Positions 37,726 to 47,457 of a stretch of DNA of 64,000 nt are shown here, piece after piece (positions within the stretch are counted from its first letter, which is position 1; each line of letters begins with the position of its first letter). The notes under the pieces are model-generated. The model saw only the letters and a program-made list of their open reading frames with translations. It made no database searches and was not told where the DNA came from. The position numbers and the translations under genes are program-made. The stretch comes from a virus, in the IMG/VR virus record IMGVR_UViG_3300008267_007212; one strand, given 5' to 3'.

Positions 37726-39880
37726 CTATACTAGTTATATTAGAGCTTTCAACACTAGCTTTTATAATAGGAACCTGTGTTTGACTATACTTTCCGCGAT
37801 TATAAAAGGTTGTAGCAGAAGTGCCATTGGCATCAGTGGTAGACTGACCTGTTTTGTACCAATTAGTTGCAGCTTCTGGTCCGACTAAATGTGCAGCACT
37901 AACTATTCCTGCAATATCTTCTGCTGAACTATCTGCTGTAATAATACCATTTTTTTGTAATCTTGCATAATTATTTTTGGTATAGTTATACATTGCTTTT
38001 TCTTGAATGGTTCCATTTTCTCTGAATGCGTCTGAACTCGATATACCATCTTTTCCAGTCCAATTATTAGGATTACTTAATGCTTCTGCGGTCTGCGGAG
38101 TCCCAGCTTTAACATAACCCAAATCTTGTAAATCTTTTGATCCCAACAGATACTTGCCTTGATATCCATTTGCATTTTGTGTTTGGTATGACCCTTCACT
38201 TTCACTGTACCCGATCTGTGCCATAAGAGCCCTGACTTGATTCTTATCCAAATTTCCCATGCTATCAATGGGTTCGGGCTGAGCAATAAAAATTCCAGCC
38301 GAAGCTGCTCCTGTTAAGTTTTCTCTATCTGCTTGAGCAGGACCCACAACTGTGATATCAGCAGGAGGATTTATAGGATCTCCCAATACATCTTTTGGTA
38401 AAGTAGACACTGTTTGTGCTTGATTTTGAAAAATTGCTGTTGCGTCACCTCTGATATATGGTTCGTGAGTCGGTACTTTATAATTTGTAGAAATTAAAGA
38501 ATTTTGTTGGGCGAACCAAATACCTGGACTAACAACTTTAGCGTCAGGCAATTGATATAAATTAATTCTACTAGGAGGATTTATTTCTGCTCCGCCACCA
38601 CCACCGCCATTTAATGCTATAGCAGCACCGTTGACTGCAATAGAGCCACCTGCTCGTATACCCATAGATTGTTGAGCAACCAAAGACAGCCCCGATCCGC
38701 TTCTTAACTGTGCTTGTTTACCGTACAAATTTAATGCAGTTTCTGCACTGGCTTGAACTAATTGTCCTGCCATTTTAACACTGCCCACTGCTTGCATGTT
38801 AATATTACGACCTGCAAAGAAGCTAATATTGTTATCACTGTGCATCATAATATTGCCCTGAGTTCGCAATGCAAAATCTTTTGCACCATATACTAGAATG
38901 TCGCCTTCTTTAGTAAGTTCTATCCATGCAGTGCCGTTGGAATTTGCAACATATATAAAGCCTTCTGTGTCATTTAACATTATTTGATGACCCATGGCTG
39001 TTTTTAGTCTGACTAAATTATCTTTACCGAATAAATCGCCGTCATCCATGACAAAACTATGGCCGCCCACTCTTGTTGTAACAACATACGTCGCAGGATT
39101 AAATTCTCCTGACACTAATTTTTGTGCGATATTAGGATCTGTAGCAGGATCTTGACTACCAAATGGGCGGCCTGGTGTACTGAATCCGAATACTGAACTG
39201 ACTGGGTCTCTTTGACTGCTACTACTAATGGCTCCCCGAACATTGTCGCTGTCTAATCCTTGCACAATTAATCTGATTGTTTGTGGAATGTGCAGTGGTT
39301 TTTTTAGATTAGGAAGAAAACCGGCTTTACCGTATACATCTGCGCTTTCCACTGTTTCTGCCACAGGATAAAACTTTCCTGGCAACAAGTAAGGCCCTAC
39401 TCCTGATTCAGAAATACTTTCTGGTGAAATATAACTAAGTTCCACCGACCCAATTGCTGGAGTCATATTTCTTGTAATCGAAGAATTTACGCACGCAAAC
39501 CAATACCCCTCTTGGCTTCCTGGAACAAAACAACACAAGACTTCCGTGCCGATATCCGGCGGGCTCATATAAAATCCATAACTCTGAGTCGAATCTGAAA
39601 ACTTATTTTGATTTGCCTTAGGTTGTGTGTATTCCCCTAATCTACTAGACGTGCTGCCCATAAAAGGGCTGGCATATGATACTAGTTTCCACGATGACGG
39701 AAGATCAGGATTTGCGCCGCCGAACTGTGGTATAAAGACTTGCAGTCTTCCTGACCTAGTATTAGTGTCAATGGCTTTTACTTTTCCAATATATATTCCG
39801 CTGGGTTGCGGAATATCCATTTTTGTAGTGTCGATGAACGTGGGGTGTTTTGTACCCAAATATGGTTGATTGTATGACAT
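37721..39880 (-). CDS. Baseplate hub/central spike, gp5/VgrG-like, with C-terminal lysozyme-like domain
   Basis: OB-fold motifs (GRLQVFIP, PPDIGTEVLCCF), GGHSFVMDDGD and GHQIMLND, and beta-helix repeats. C-terminal IGYSES..GKY..AAHLVG resembles the lysozyme/SLT fold. Confidence 0.8.
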   Translation of the reverse strand: MSYNQPYLGTKHPTFIDTTKMDIPQPSGIYIGKVKAIDTNTRSGRLQVFIPQFGGANPDLPSSWKLVSYASPFMGSTSSRLGEYTQPKANQNKFSDSTQSYGFYMSPPDIGTEVLCCFVPGSQEGYWFACVNSSITRNMTPAIGSVELSYISPESISESGVGPYLLPGKFYPVAETVESADVYGKAGFLPNLKKPLHIPQTIRLIVQGLDSDNVRGAISSSSQRDPVSSVFGFSTPGRPFGSQDPATDPNIAQKLVSGEFNPATYVVTTRVGGHSFVMDDGDLFGKDNLVRLKTAMGHQIMLNDTEGFIYVANSNGTAWIELTKEGDILVYGAKDFALRTQGNIMMHSDNNISFFAGRNINMQAVGSVKMAGQLVQASAETALNLYGKQAQLRSGSGLSLVAQQSMGIRAGGSIAVNGAAIALNGGGGGGAEINPPSRINLYQLPDAKVVSPGIWFAQQNSLISTNYKVPTHEPYIRGDATAIFQNQAQTVSTLPKDVLGDPINPPADITVVGPAQADRENLTGAASAGIFIAQPEPIDSMGNLDKNQVRALMAQIGYSESEGSYQTQNANGYQGKYLLGSKDLQDLGYVKAGTPQTAEALSNPNNWTGKDGISSSDAFRENGTIQEKAMYNYTKNNYARLQKNGIITADSSAEDIAGIVSAAHLVGPEAATNWYKTGQSTTDANGTSATTFYNRGKYSQTQVPIIKASVESSNITSIG

Positions 39881-39883
39881 AAT

Positions 39884-42658
39884 TTAAATGAAATTAGTAA
39901 AGTCGCCGAATTCTAAATCGCTCAAACTTGCAAATGCTTCGGTTACATCAATATCCGTCACTCCAACATCCAAATCAAAATTGCCAATTGAGTCGAAACC
40001 AGACGCATAGTCCAGTGCTCCCGCGTATTTAAAATCTCCAATGGAATCAAAACTAGTATTGTAGTCTACTCCCAATGCACCTTGACTTTTAAATATATCA
40101 GTAATTCCAGTTGTTATTTTATCTACTGCAATATTTACACCTCGGCCAACAACGTTATTAATTAAAGATCCTGCTACCTGCGCCCCAATAGCTTGAAGGA
40201 AACTTCCACCTTGTCCATTTGCTAGTGCCGCGGCGCCTTGTACTGCAAGATTTACCGCTGCTGAAGAATTAGTAGCTGGAAGCAAAGAAGAAATATTAGT
40301 TCTTGGACCTGCAAATCTGATTGCTGTATTCACTGTTGGAGTTAACGCATTTGACAATGCAGTTTCTGTTCTTTGTGTAACGGAAGAAGGTACCACTGGC
40401 TTTCCTTCTTGATCATATAATAGTTTTGCCAACGTCAATGATTGTTCAAATTTTCCATTAGAAAAAGAATTGTCAACGGTAATTATTTTATAAACTCCGC
40501 TAAATTCGCTGTATCTATATCTACTAGATGCTACATCTGCTATACCTGTGGTTTCGTCATAGTCCACTGGACTTTGAAAATTTACAAATACATATAGCTC
40601 TCCGCCGTCCATGTATAAACTACTGCCTGAACTGTTATTTAAAAATTGACCTGATGGAGTATCCAATCCTTGTCCCATGAATAAATCATCTTGTTTAATA
40701 AATTGCGGATCCCCTACAATTTTTAAATTTAATGTTATCATGTCACCTTTGGCCCCTAGCATCAAAGATCTCTGTAGATCTCCTGCGTCTGCAGATGCCT
40801 GTGGCAGTCCACCAGCTCTCATAGTCGTTGCGACATTGTCACTGACTAGTCCTATAGAAATTGGCGCAACATTCTCTTGTGGTCTTTCTTCAGTGTTGGG
40901 ATTAGGGTAAGCATTAGCATCGGGTCTAATAGGAGTTCCTGTTTGCGATTGTGTACTTTTTGTACGATTTGTGGTCATCTCTACTAGATATAAAGTGTTA
41001 AAATCTATTTGTAAATCGAGTACGTCTTTATTTTTTCCCGTAAAAATATAATCATATTTTTTTACAAATCCAGGCACACGGCCTTTGGGATAAAATGGAT
41101 GTTTAGCAGATAAGTTATATGGCTTTACATAAAATATAATGTCCATGCTATATCTGTTTTGTGTTGGATCATAATCTCTAATAAGGATACTAGGAATGAT
41201 TCTAAACCATTTTAGCCACGTGATGGTATTAGGGTTTCCGCCTGACTGAATACTTTCCCGTTGTTGTTTTGTTATTGATGGATCTTTCAATTGATCGCTG
41301 ATATATTCACTGTTTCTAACTGCCCAATCGATCATTCTGTCAATAGTGGTGCCCGCAGGAATATTTACGGTTGCTCCGTCGAATCGAAGCCCGCCTTTAG
41401 CAGCTCCTGATGCTGCTTGAATTTGTGATCTTTGTGCGGCAGTCGACGTTCCGCTGGCTGGAGCTCCAGCTGCATTAACAGGACCTGTATATAATTTACG
41501 GTTGCCTATTTTTTCATCAAACACAACCCTAACAGTGTTGACTATAGATATTTGTTTTTGTACTTTTAATGAACTAAAATAACTATTGATAGCGGCGCAG
41601 AATCCAGTTATTCCAAAACTTGAATATTCATTGTTTAATTGACTGGTCAAATCGCTTATTCGGGCCCGGGTGTCAGCCGCAATGCTGGCATCAATTGGAT
41701 CGCCAGACGCTGCAAATTGTCTAGATTCTTCATTAAGGTTTGTAATTTGTCTTTCGATATCAGATCTTCGAAATAGATTTACATAAAATTTACCGTCTTC
41801 AGCTGATACTTCAGCCGGACCACCAAATATTTGACTGACTGTAGTGGCTGTAACTGTTGTGCTAACAGGTAAGCTTACATTTATTTGATTAAATGCCTGA
41901 TGATTAAATGGCACTGCATCAATTTGATATTCTGTGCCTTTTGATGTTAATCTAGACTTGATATTAGTTATTCTAATAGGAATAAATTTTGAATGTTCTT
42001 TGAGTGGCCCGGGCGAGCCCCCGTCGACACTGCCAAAAAAATCAATTTGTAACATGTAAGGCATATGGATGTAACTACCTGTCCCGGGATTAACCCTACT
42101 AGCAGCCTCTAACATTCTATTAATTAGTGTAAACCCCAATGGCTCGATAATTGTAAAACTACATTCAATTAAGTTACTGTTTCTATTTCTGGAAGTAGTA
42201 TTAACTATGGTTTTTACTTTTAAGTTTTCGAAATAAAAATCTTCTTCAAATGCAGGGTCTCGTCTGAAAGTTTCCCCGTATCTTCCTGCACTACTGATTA
42301 AAACATTTTGCGGTACATACTTTTTTTGTAATGAACTATCTCTGCTGATCAAATTATTATAGTTTTGTATTCCCATTAAATGCAGGCTTAGACAATAAGT
42401 GTAAGAATCATATTCTAACAATGGGTTATCAACTACACCTTGTCTGGCATTAGAGCCTATAAAAGCAGTGGTGTCAAATATTGCACGACCTTCTGCGTCA
42501 CGTATTTGTGCCAACTCAGCTTCATTAGCTGCATCTATTGCCTCATCACCCACAGCTGGAATTAGATCTATCGCAGGAGTGGCAATATTTTGTCTCTCAG
42601 CTAACGAAATAGCAACAGCTGATGCGTTGATAGTATTTGACTCTAAGGGATTACTCAT
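39884..42658 (-). CDS. Baseplate hub/tail protein (gp27/phage late control D-like)
   Basis: NPL..Y.SYTY.LSL, FTIIEPLG, KKYDYIFTGKN.D and L.IVGDP motifs, plus FSGVYKI..V...F.NGKFEQ.L. Located between the gp5-like and LysM/gp53-like genes. Confidence 0.6.
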   Translation of the reverse strand: MSNPLESNTINASAVAISLAERQNIATPAIDLIPAVGDEAIDAANEAELAQIRDAEGRAIFDTTAFIGSNARQGVVDNPLLEYDSYTYCLSLHLMGIQNYNNLISRDSSLQKKYVPQNVLISSAGRYGETFRRDPAFEEDFYFENLKVKTIVNTTSRNRNSNLIECSFTIIEPLGFTLINRMLEAASRVNPGTGSYIHMPYMLQIDFFGSVDGGSPGPLKEHSKFIPIRITNIKSRLTSKGTEYQIDAVPFNHQAFNQINVSLPVSTTVTATTVSQIFGGPAEVSAEDGKFYVNLFRRSDIERQITNLNEESRQFAASGDPIDASIAADTRARISDLTSQLNNEYSSFGITGFCAAINSYFSSLKVQKQISIVNTVRVVFDEKIGNRKLYTGPVNAAGAPASGTSTAAQRSQIQAASGAAKGGLRFDGATVNIPAGTTIDRMIDWAVRNSEYISDQLKDPSITKQQRESIQSGGNPNTITWLKWFRIIPSILIRDYDPTQNRYSMDIIFYVKPYNLSAKHPFYPKGRVPGFVKKYDYIFTGKNKDVLDLQIDFNTLYLVEMTTNRTKSTQSQTGTPIRPDANAYPNPNTEERPQENVAPISIGLVSDNVATTMRAGGLPQASADAGDLQRSLMLGAKGDMITLNLKIVGDPQFIKQDDLFMGQGLDTPSGQFLNNSSGSSLYMDGGELYVFVNFQSPVDYDETTGIADVASSRYRYSEFSGVYKIITVDNSFSNGKFEQSLTLAKLLYDQEGKPVVPSSVTQRTETALSNALTPTVNTAIRFAGPRTNISSLLPATNSSAAVNLAVQGAAALANGQGGSFLQAIGAQVAGSLINNVVGRGVNIAVDKITTGITDIFKSQGALGVDYNTSFDSIGDFKYAGALDYASGFDSIGNFDLDVGVTDIDVTEAFASLSDLEFGDFTNFI

Positions 42659-42662
42659 CTTA

Positions 42663-42965
42663 TTATCCGATGGCTCCAGTTATTGCAGCTTTCTTAGGCA
42701 AAAAAATTCTATTGCCTATTTTCATATCAAAAATAGGATCTTTAATAGTGTTAGGATTACGCAGTGCAAACACCCACCAGAGACCAGTATCTTCGTACAA
42801 ATCGTATGCCAATAAATCAGGTCTATATTGATAAGTTTTGTTTATAGCAAAAAGTACATCATCAGGATTCTTAGGTATTACTGGAAAATTGGCAAGATCT
42901 AAAAAGTCTCCATAAAAAGGTGTTTTAGAATATAAACTATTTTGAGCATATTGAATTTCGGCCAT
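42663..42965 (-). CDS. Baseplate wedge subunit, gp53/LysM-like
   Basis: YQYRPDLLAYDLY....LWWVFA.RN motif. Confidence 0.75.
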   Translation of the reverse strand: MAEIQYAQNSLYSKTPFYGDFLDLANFPVIPKNPDDVLFAINKTYQYRPDLLAYDLYEDTGLWWVFALRNPNTIKDPIFDMKIGNRIFLPKKAAITGAIG

Positions 42966-43855
42966 TATAGGAAACCTCCGATAGGTGAATTGCCATTCTG
43001 TATCAGCGCACCTCGCGAGAATCTGTCTAGTGTAAAGTTTCTAGCAATATTTTGTCTGCTGTATAAAGGTTGTAAGGTAATGTTCACTGTGCTGCTTGTT
43101 GGCAGTCGGACTGGGCCACCAAAGTTGACATTTGTTGGCAATTGCAATCCTGCACTACTCAATGAGGCACCCACTGGTATAGATACATAATCAACTTCTC
43201 CTGGCATAGTATGACTGAATGATGTTACAACGCAGGGAACATGGGGAAGATATGCTGCTCCAAACCCATCTAAGAATACCAGTGGAGGAGGGCTGCCTGC
43301 ATTTTGATCTGCTCCAAAAAACATTTTTGTCACAGTTCTAAAAAATTGTATTACTGCCATCAAATACTGACCTTCTTTAATATTTTGAACTGTAAATTCT
43401 CCATTTATATTAATGGAAGAAACTTCACTGCCTTCGTAGAAATAACTAGAATAATTACTGTGAGTTAATGGAGTAGAACCATATTTTGCATTATGCGTTA
43501 TAGTAATAGACGGCGTATACGGAAATATAACTCCACTGGTTTCTCGCAATGGTCCAAGAATACTATTATCTATTCTATTATAAAATAAGTCAGCAGTTGG
43601 CCTTGCCATACTAATTCGCACTCGCCAATCATATTGAGGGTCAATTGTTGATCCATCTGTACCATTAAAATTAACATTAAATACACTGCCGGCTATATCT
43701 GTCAGTAAACCATTAGCACCTGGGGCAAGTCCAGAATTTGCTAGCCTCGATCCGCTTGAAGACGCCGAGCCTGTAGAACCCGTTACGGAGGCTGGGCTGA
43801 AAAATGCGCTTTGGGCAGAACTATCCCCTGCAAAAGTAGAAGTATTATATGACAT
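42965..43855 (-). CDS. Tail tube initiator/baseplate tube-like protein
   Basis: GVIFPYTP.I, G.PPP.V.L.G.G and VPCVVTSF motifs. Upstream of the LysM/gp53-like gene, as in contractile-tail systems. Confidence 0.6.
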   Translation of the reverse strand: MSYNTSTFAGDSSAQSAFFSPASVTGSTGSASSSGSRLANSGLAPGANGLLTDIAGSVFNVNFNGTDGSTIDPQYDWRVRISMARPTADLFYNRIDNSILGPLRETSGVIFPYTPSITITHNAKYGSTPLTHSNYSSYFYEGSEVSSININGEFTVQNIKEGQYLMAVIQFFRTVTKMFFGADQNAGSPPPLVFLDGFGAAYLPHVPCVVTSFSHTMPGEVDYVSIPVGASLSSAGLQLPTNVNFGGPVRLPTSSTVNITLQPLYSRQNIARNFTLDRFSRGALIQNGNSPIGGFL

Positions 43856-43872
43856 TTGATACCCGTTTTAGA

Positions 43873-43880
43873 TATTTATC
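43873..43880 (-). promoter_or_regulatory. Late promoter-like GATAAATA for the baseplate operon
   Basis: TAAATA motif 17 nt upstream of the ATG at 43855, in the divergent intergenic region. Confidence 0.6.
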
Positions 43881-43909
43881 GAACCAAAAATAGTAGCTTA
43901 TTATTGGCA

Positions 43910-43939
43910 TTGACATCACAACTTATAATATGTTAGTAT
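43910..43939 (+). promoter_or_regulatory. Sigma70-type promoter for gp55 (TTGACA-N18-TAGTAT with extended TGn)
   Basis: TTGACA at 43910-43915, TG at 43931-32 and TAGTAT at 43934-39. AAGGA RBS before the ATG at 43967. Confidence 0.65.
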
Positions 43940-43966
43940 GTACCAACCGCAGATTTAAAGGATAAA

Positions 43967-44857
43967 ATGAAATCAAATTACTTAAACAATAAAGATATTC
44001 TTAAAGAGATACACAAAAGCAAGAATTCGTATTGCACATTCAGTGACCCAGAAGTTGCAGACTATGACATGATTCTGCCAGATGTTAAAAAAATTAATAA
44101 AAAAAATATACTAGATGCTCGCAAATTAAGGGCAGAAAGATTAAGCAAATTAGCGCATGAAGCTGCCGTAGCGGCCACTGGGGAAAAGCAAAAAGCTGAC
44201 CAATTTGAAATCAAATACACTAAAATTCCACAGACTGATGTAGTCTTTCGAATTATGACATGGGAGCATATACCATTAGACGATGTCAAGACTAAAAAAG
44301 CCAAAGACGCGGCCAAAGAACTGTTTGAAGACGAAGATGAAACTGCTCATACCGAGTATGACGAAGATGATCCCAAACATAACAAATACGTTAAAGTCAA
44401 TTTTCCGCCTTTCTTTCATTATAAAGTAGACGAAGAAGGCAACCCTATTCTGGTAGGCAAAAGTCATTGGTCGGGCGGATTAGACACTGGATCTTTTAAT
44501 AGAGAACATGGTGCAATGACTAATAAACTAGCTCATATGTTTATGAAACTGTGTGAACGTTATGCAACCAGAAGTAATTGGAGAGGGTACACTTATAACG
44601 ACGAAATGCGTAGTCAAGCCTTATTACAACTCAGTCAAATTGGATTGCAATTCGACGAATCGAAATCGCAGAATCCTTTTGCTTATTATACTGCTGCTAT
44701 CACTAATAGCTTCACTCGAGTGCTGAACATCGAAAAACGCAATCAAAACTTACGTGACGACATTTTAGAAATGAACAATCTTAATCCAAGCTACACTCGC
44801 CAAGGCCAGGGTGGGTCGTGGGGCGGTGCAGGGGGCGGCGTAGATGGTAACGACTAG
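43967..44857 (+). CDS. gp55: Late-transcription sigma factor, T4 gp55-like
   Basis: NYLNNKD, NWRGYTYNDEM, FDESKSQNPFAYYT and NSF.RVLNIEKR motifs. Precedes gp47/gp46 as in T4. Confidence 0.9.
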   Translation: MKSNYLNNKDILKEIHKSKNSYCTFSDPEVADYDMILPDVKKINKKNILDARKLRAERLSKLAHEAAVAATGEKQKADQFEIKYTKIPQTDVVFRIMTWEHIPLDDVKTKKAKDAAKELFEDEDETAHTEYDEDDPKHNKYVKVNFPPFFHYKVDEEGNPILVGKSHWSGGLDTGSFNREHGAMTNKLAHMFMKLCERYATRSNWRGYTYNDEMRSQALLQLSQIGLQFDESKSQNPFAYYTAAITNSFTRVLNIEKRNQNLRDDILEMNNLNPSYTRQGQGGSWGGAGGGVDGND

Positions 44858-45512
44858 GATTAAATTTGATCCAACTAGTTCTGATATAATTCTCATAACC
44901 TACCCCCCGGGGGGTTTTGGGAATTTTGTATATCATCTATTAACTGAATTTACGGATCAAACAGTTAAACCCAATAATAGCTCATTTGCGTTTAGCGGCA
45001 CCGGGAACAGTCACGGTACTAAAAAATATACTGTAACGTATTCTCACAATCCCTCAAAATACCATCCGTACATAGACTCAGACGTAGCCACAGAGGGTAA
45101 AACAATTTTGGTACTGGTAGACAACAAATGGTACGATAACGATTACTCTCGCTTACGTGAGGTTTTTCCAAATGCAAAAATTGTAAGGATGTGCTTTGAG
45201 CCACGCATGTATCCTATTGTGTTTGCTCTAGTTACTGCTAAAACAAAAGGCATACAGGCTAATATATACGTGCCGCCAAATTACAAAGGCGAAGGCAAAT
45301 TTACTCCGTTACATTTGCCCAATGTTGTGAATGCATCCATCGAAGACTTTATCTTGGATCCGTTTGAAACGTTTTATAAGATAGCCACAGAGTTGGGATT
45401 AACTGTTATTAATACTGATCAACTTCATGGCGTTGTTGCAGAATGGCGCAAGGTCCACAAACCATACTTTGAAGATCTATACAAAGAATTCCAGAAGGAG
45501 CATTTGCTATAG
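44844..45512 (+). CDS. Hypothetical protein (YPPGGFGNF motif), paralogue of 46558-47457
   Basis: 222-aa ORF between gp55 and gp47. Confidence 0.7.
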   Translation: MVTTRIKFDPTSSDIILITYPPGGFGNFVYHLLTEFTDQTVKPNNSSFAFSGTGNSHGTKKYTVTYSHNPSKYHPYIDSDVATEGKTILVLVDNKWYDNDYSRLREVFPNAKIVRMCFEPRMYPIVFALVTAKTKGIQANIYVPPNYKGEGKFTPLHLPNVVNASIEDFILDPFETFYKIATELGLTVINTDQLHGVVAEWRKVHKPYFEDLYKEFQKEHLL

Positions 45513-45538
45513 ACATGCCCTCTACAATAGTGTAAACT
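45510..45538 (+). promoter_or_regulatory. Possible sigma70-type promoter for gp47 (TAGACA-N17-TAAACT)
   Basis: Near-consensus hexamers with a 17-nt spacer and TG just upstream of the -10 box. The ATG is 6 nt downstream. Confidence 0.4.
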
Positions 45539-45544
45539 ATATCC

Positions 45545-46561
45545 ATGAGTAACCTATTTAAGAAAGCCGCAGTATTCACCGACATCCACTTTGGTCTAAA
45601 GTCAAATAGTCAATTGCACAACGAGGACTGTTTGAACTTTATCAAGTGGGCTACCGCTAAAGCACGAGAAGAAGGTTGTGAAACCGCTATGTTTCTCGGA
45701 GACTGGCACAATAATCGAGCCAGTCTTAATATTGTCACGCTTAATTATAGCCTTAGAGCATTGGAACATTTAAATGATAATTTTGAACGTGTTTATTTTA
45801 TTCCTGGTAATCATGATTTGTATTATCGGGATAAACGTGATATTCAATCGGTTGAATGGGCTCGTCACCTCCCGAACGTTCAAATTGTTAACGATTGGTT
45901 TACTAGCGGCAATGTGGTTATTGCTCCTTGGCTTGTCGGAGACGACCACAAACGAATTGCCCGACTTACGGGAAAATACATGTTTGGACACTTCGAACTG
46001 CCCCACTTCTATATGAACGCCATGGTGCAGATGCCCGATCACGGCGAAATTAAAAATGAACATTTTGGAAATTTTGATCAAGTATTCACTGGGCACTTTC
46101 ATAAAAGACAGCAACGTCAAAATATTACATATATCGGAAATTGTTTCCCTCACAACTATGCCGATGCTGGCGATGACGATCGTGGACTAACTATTTTAGA
46201 ATGGGGGAAAGAACCCGAATATCATGCATGGCCCAATCAGCCTAGATATCGTGTGCTAGGATTAGGTGCTATTTTAAATAACGCAGACTCGGTGTTAGGA
46301 CAAGGTATGCATGTTCGTGTTAATATTGACATCGATATTAGCTACGAAGAAGCAACCTTTATCAAAGAAACTTTTATGGAGTCTCATAAACTGCGAGAAA
46401 TTACATTAATCCCACAAAAAAATGCAGACTTAAATGAATTTGCAATACAGGGCAATGTTAATTTCGAAAGTGTAGATCAAATTGTTACCAATCAACTTAC
46501 TGCTATTGCCAGTGAGCATTATGACAATAAGATATTGCTGGACATTTATAGAAATTTATGA
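45545..46561 (+). CDS. gp47: Recombination endonuclease subunit, gp47 (Mre11/SbcD)
   Basis: Metallophosphoesterase motifs FTDIHFG, FLGD, PGNHD, GHFE and TGHFH. Confidence 0.93.
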   Translation: MSNLFKKAAVFTDIHFGLKSNSQLHNEDCLNFIKWATAKAREEGCETAMFLGDWHNNRASLNIVTLNYSLRALEHLNDNFERVYFIPGNHDLYYRDKRDIQSVEWARHLPNVQIVNDWFTSGNVVIAPWLVGDDHKRIARLTGKYMFGHFELPHFYMNAMVQMPDHGEIKNEHFGNFDQVFTGHFHKRQQRQNITYIGNCFPHNYADAGDDDRGLTILEWGKEPEYHAWPNQPRYRVLGLGAILNNADSVLGQGMHVRVNIDIDISYEEATFIKETFMESHKLREITLIPQKNADLNEFAIQGNVNFESVDQIVTNQLTAIASEHYDNKILLDIYRNL

Positions 46562-47457
46562 ACTTTGACAAATTATACACTATCCAATATCCTTCGGGAA
46601 GTTTTGGGCATTTTACTCATCTAATATTGTCTACTTACGGCGAAAATTTTACTAAACAAAAGGTCGAATTAAAATTTAAAAATAAAATGAATAGCGGCAG
46701 TAGTCATTTTATTTCTTCGCAAATTCAAAAATATTACGATGTGGATCGATATAAAGAGTATGCTGCAACAGCATTAACCGACGATTATATCGCATTGACT
46801 AAAAACGGAAACTACACAACTGTAATTATCGATTCTGGTATTGCTGATGACTCGGATACTTTTAAACAATTCTTTCCGAATGCAAACTGTATAAAAATAT
46901 GTTATACTGATTATAGCTGGCCGTTCAGTGCTAAATCTTTCTACACCAGATGTATGAGCGAAGTTCTATTAGAAGAAACTAAAATTGACGATTTCATTAA
47001 CCCCGATAAGGATAAATGGATATCGGCCGAGCCGTGGGAAAAAAGAGAAAAATATTTTCTATTTCTCCGAGATCATGAATTTAGACAGATGTGGAATCTT
47101 TCTAGTTCTCCGTTAACTGTTGATGTAAATGCATACCTTAGCTACGAGACTTTATATAATTCATTATCTAATATTGTCAAATTAAGTAATTTTCACGAAT
47201 TATATGATAAATTTTATAAAAATAATTCAATTCATATCGATTGGTATCTACGATGTCGAGAAATTTTATCAGCTATTCAAAATAATCAATGCATCGATCT
47301 AACTGATATTTCCGATGATTTGTTCAGTCAAGCAACCATCAATTACTATATACAAATTTTGTATAACTTCGAAATTCCAGCATGGGATTACCGAGATTGG
47401 TTTTCTTCGACTGATCAAATATTTTCAATGCTCGACTTACATAATATTTCACATTAA
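46558..47457 (+). CDS. Hypothetical protein (YPSGSFGHF motif), paralogue of 44844-45512
   Basis: 299-aa AT-rich ORF between gp47 and gp46, coupled at both ends. Confidence 0.7.
   Translation: MNFDKLYTIQYPSGSFGHFTHLILSTYGENFTKQKVELKFKNKMNSGSSHFISSQIQKYYDVDRYKEYAATALTDDYIALTKNGNYTTVIIDSGIADDSDTFKQFFPNANCIKICYTDYSWPFSAKSFYTRCMSEVLLEETKIDDFINPDKDKWISAEPWEKREKYFLFLRDHEFRQMWNLSSSPLTVDVNAYLSYETLYNSLSNIVKLSNFHELYDKFYKNNSIHIDWYLRCREILSAIQNNQCIDLTDISDDLFSQATINYYIQILYNFEIPAWDYRDWFSSTDQIFSMLDLHNISH

Noticed and set aside
156-43190. Many short plus-strand ORFs and nested minus-strand ORFs in the ORF track
   Set aside because: They lie inside long, motif-bearing minus-strand genes and lack RBSs or recognisable motifs, so they are shadow frames.
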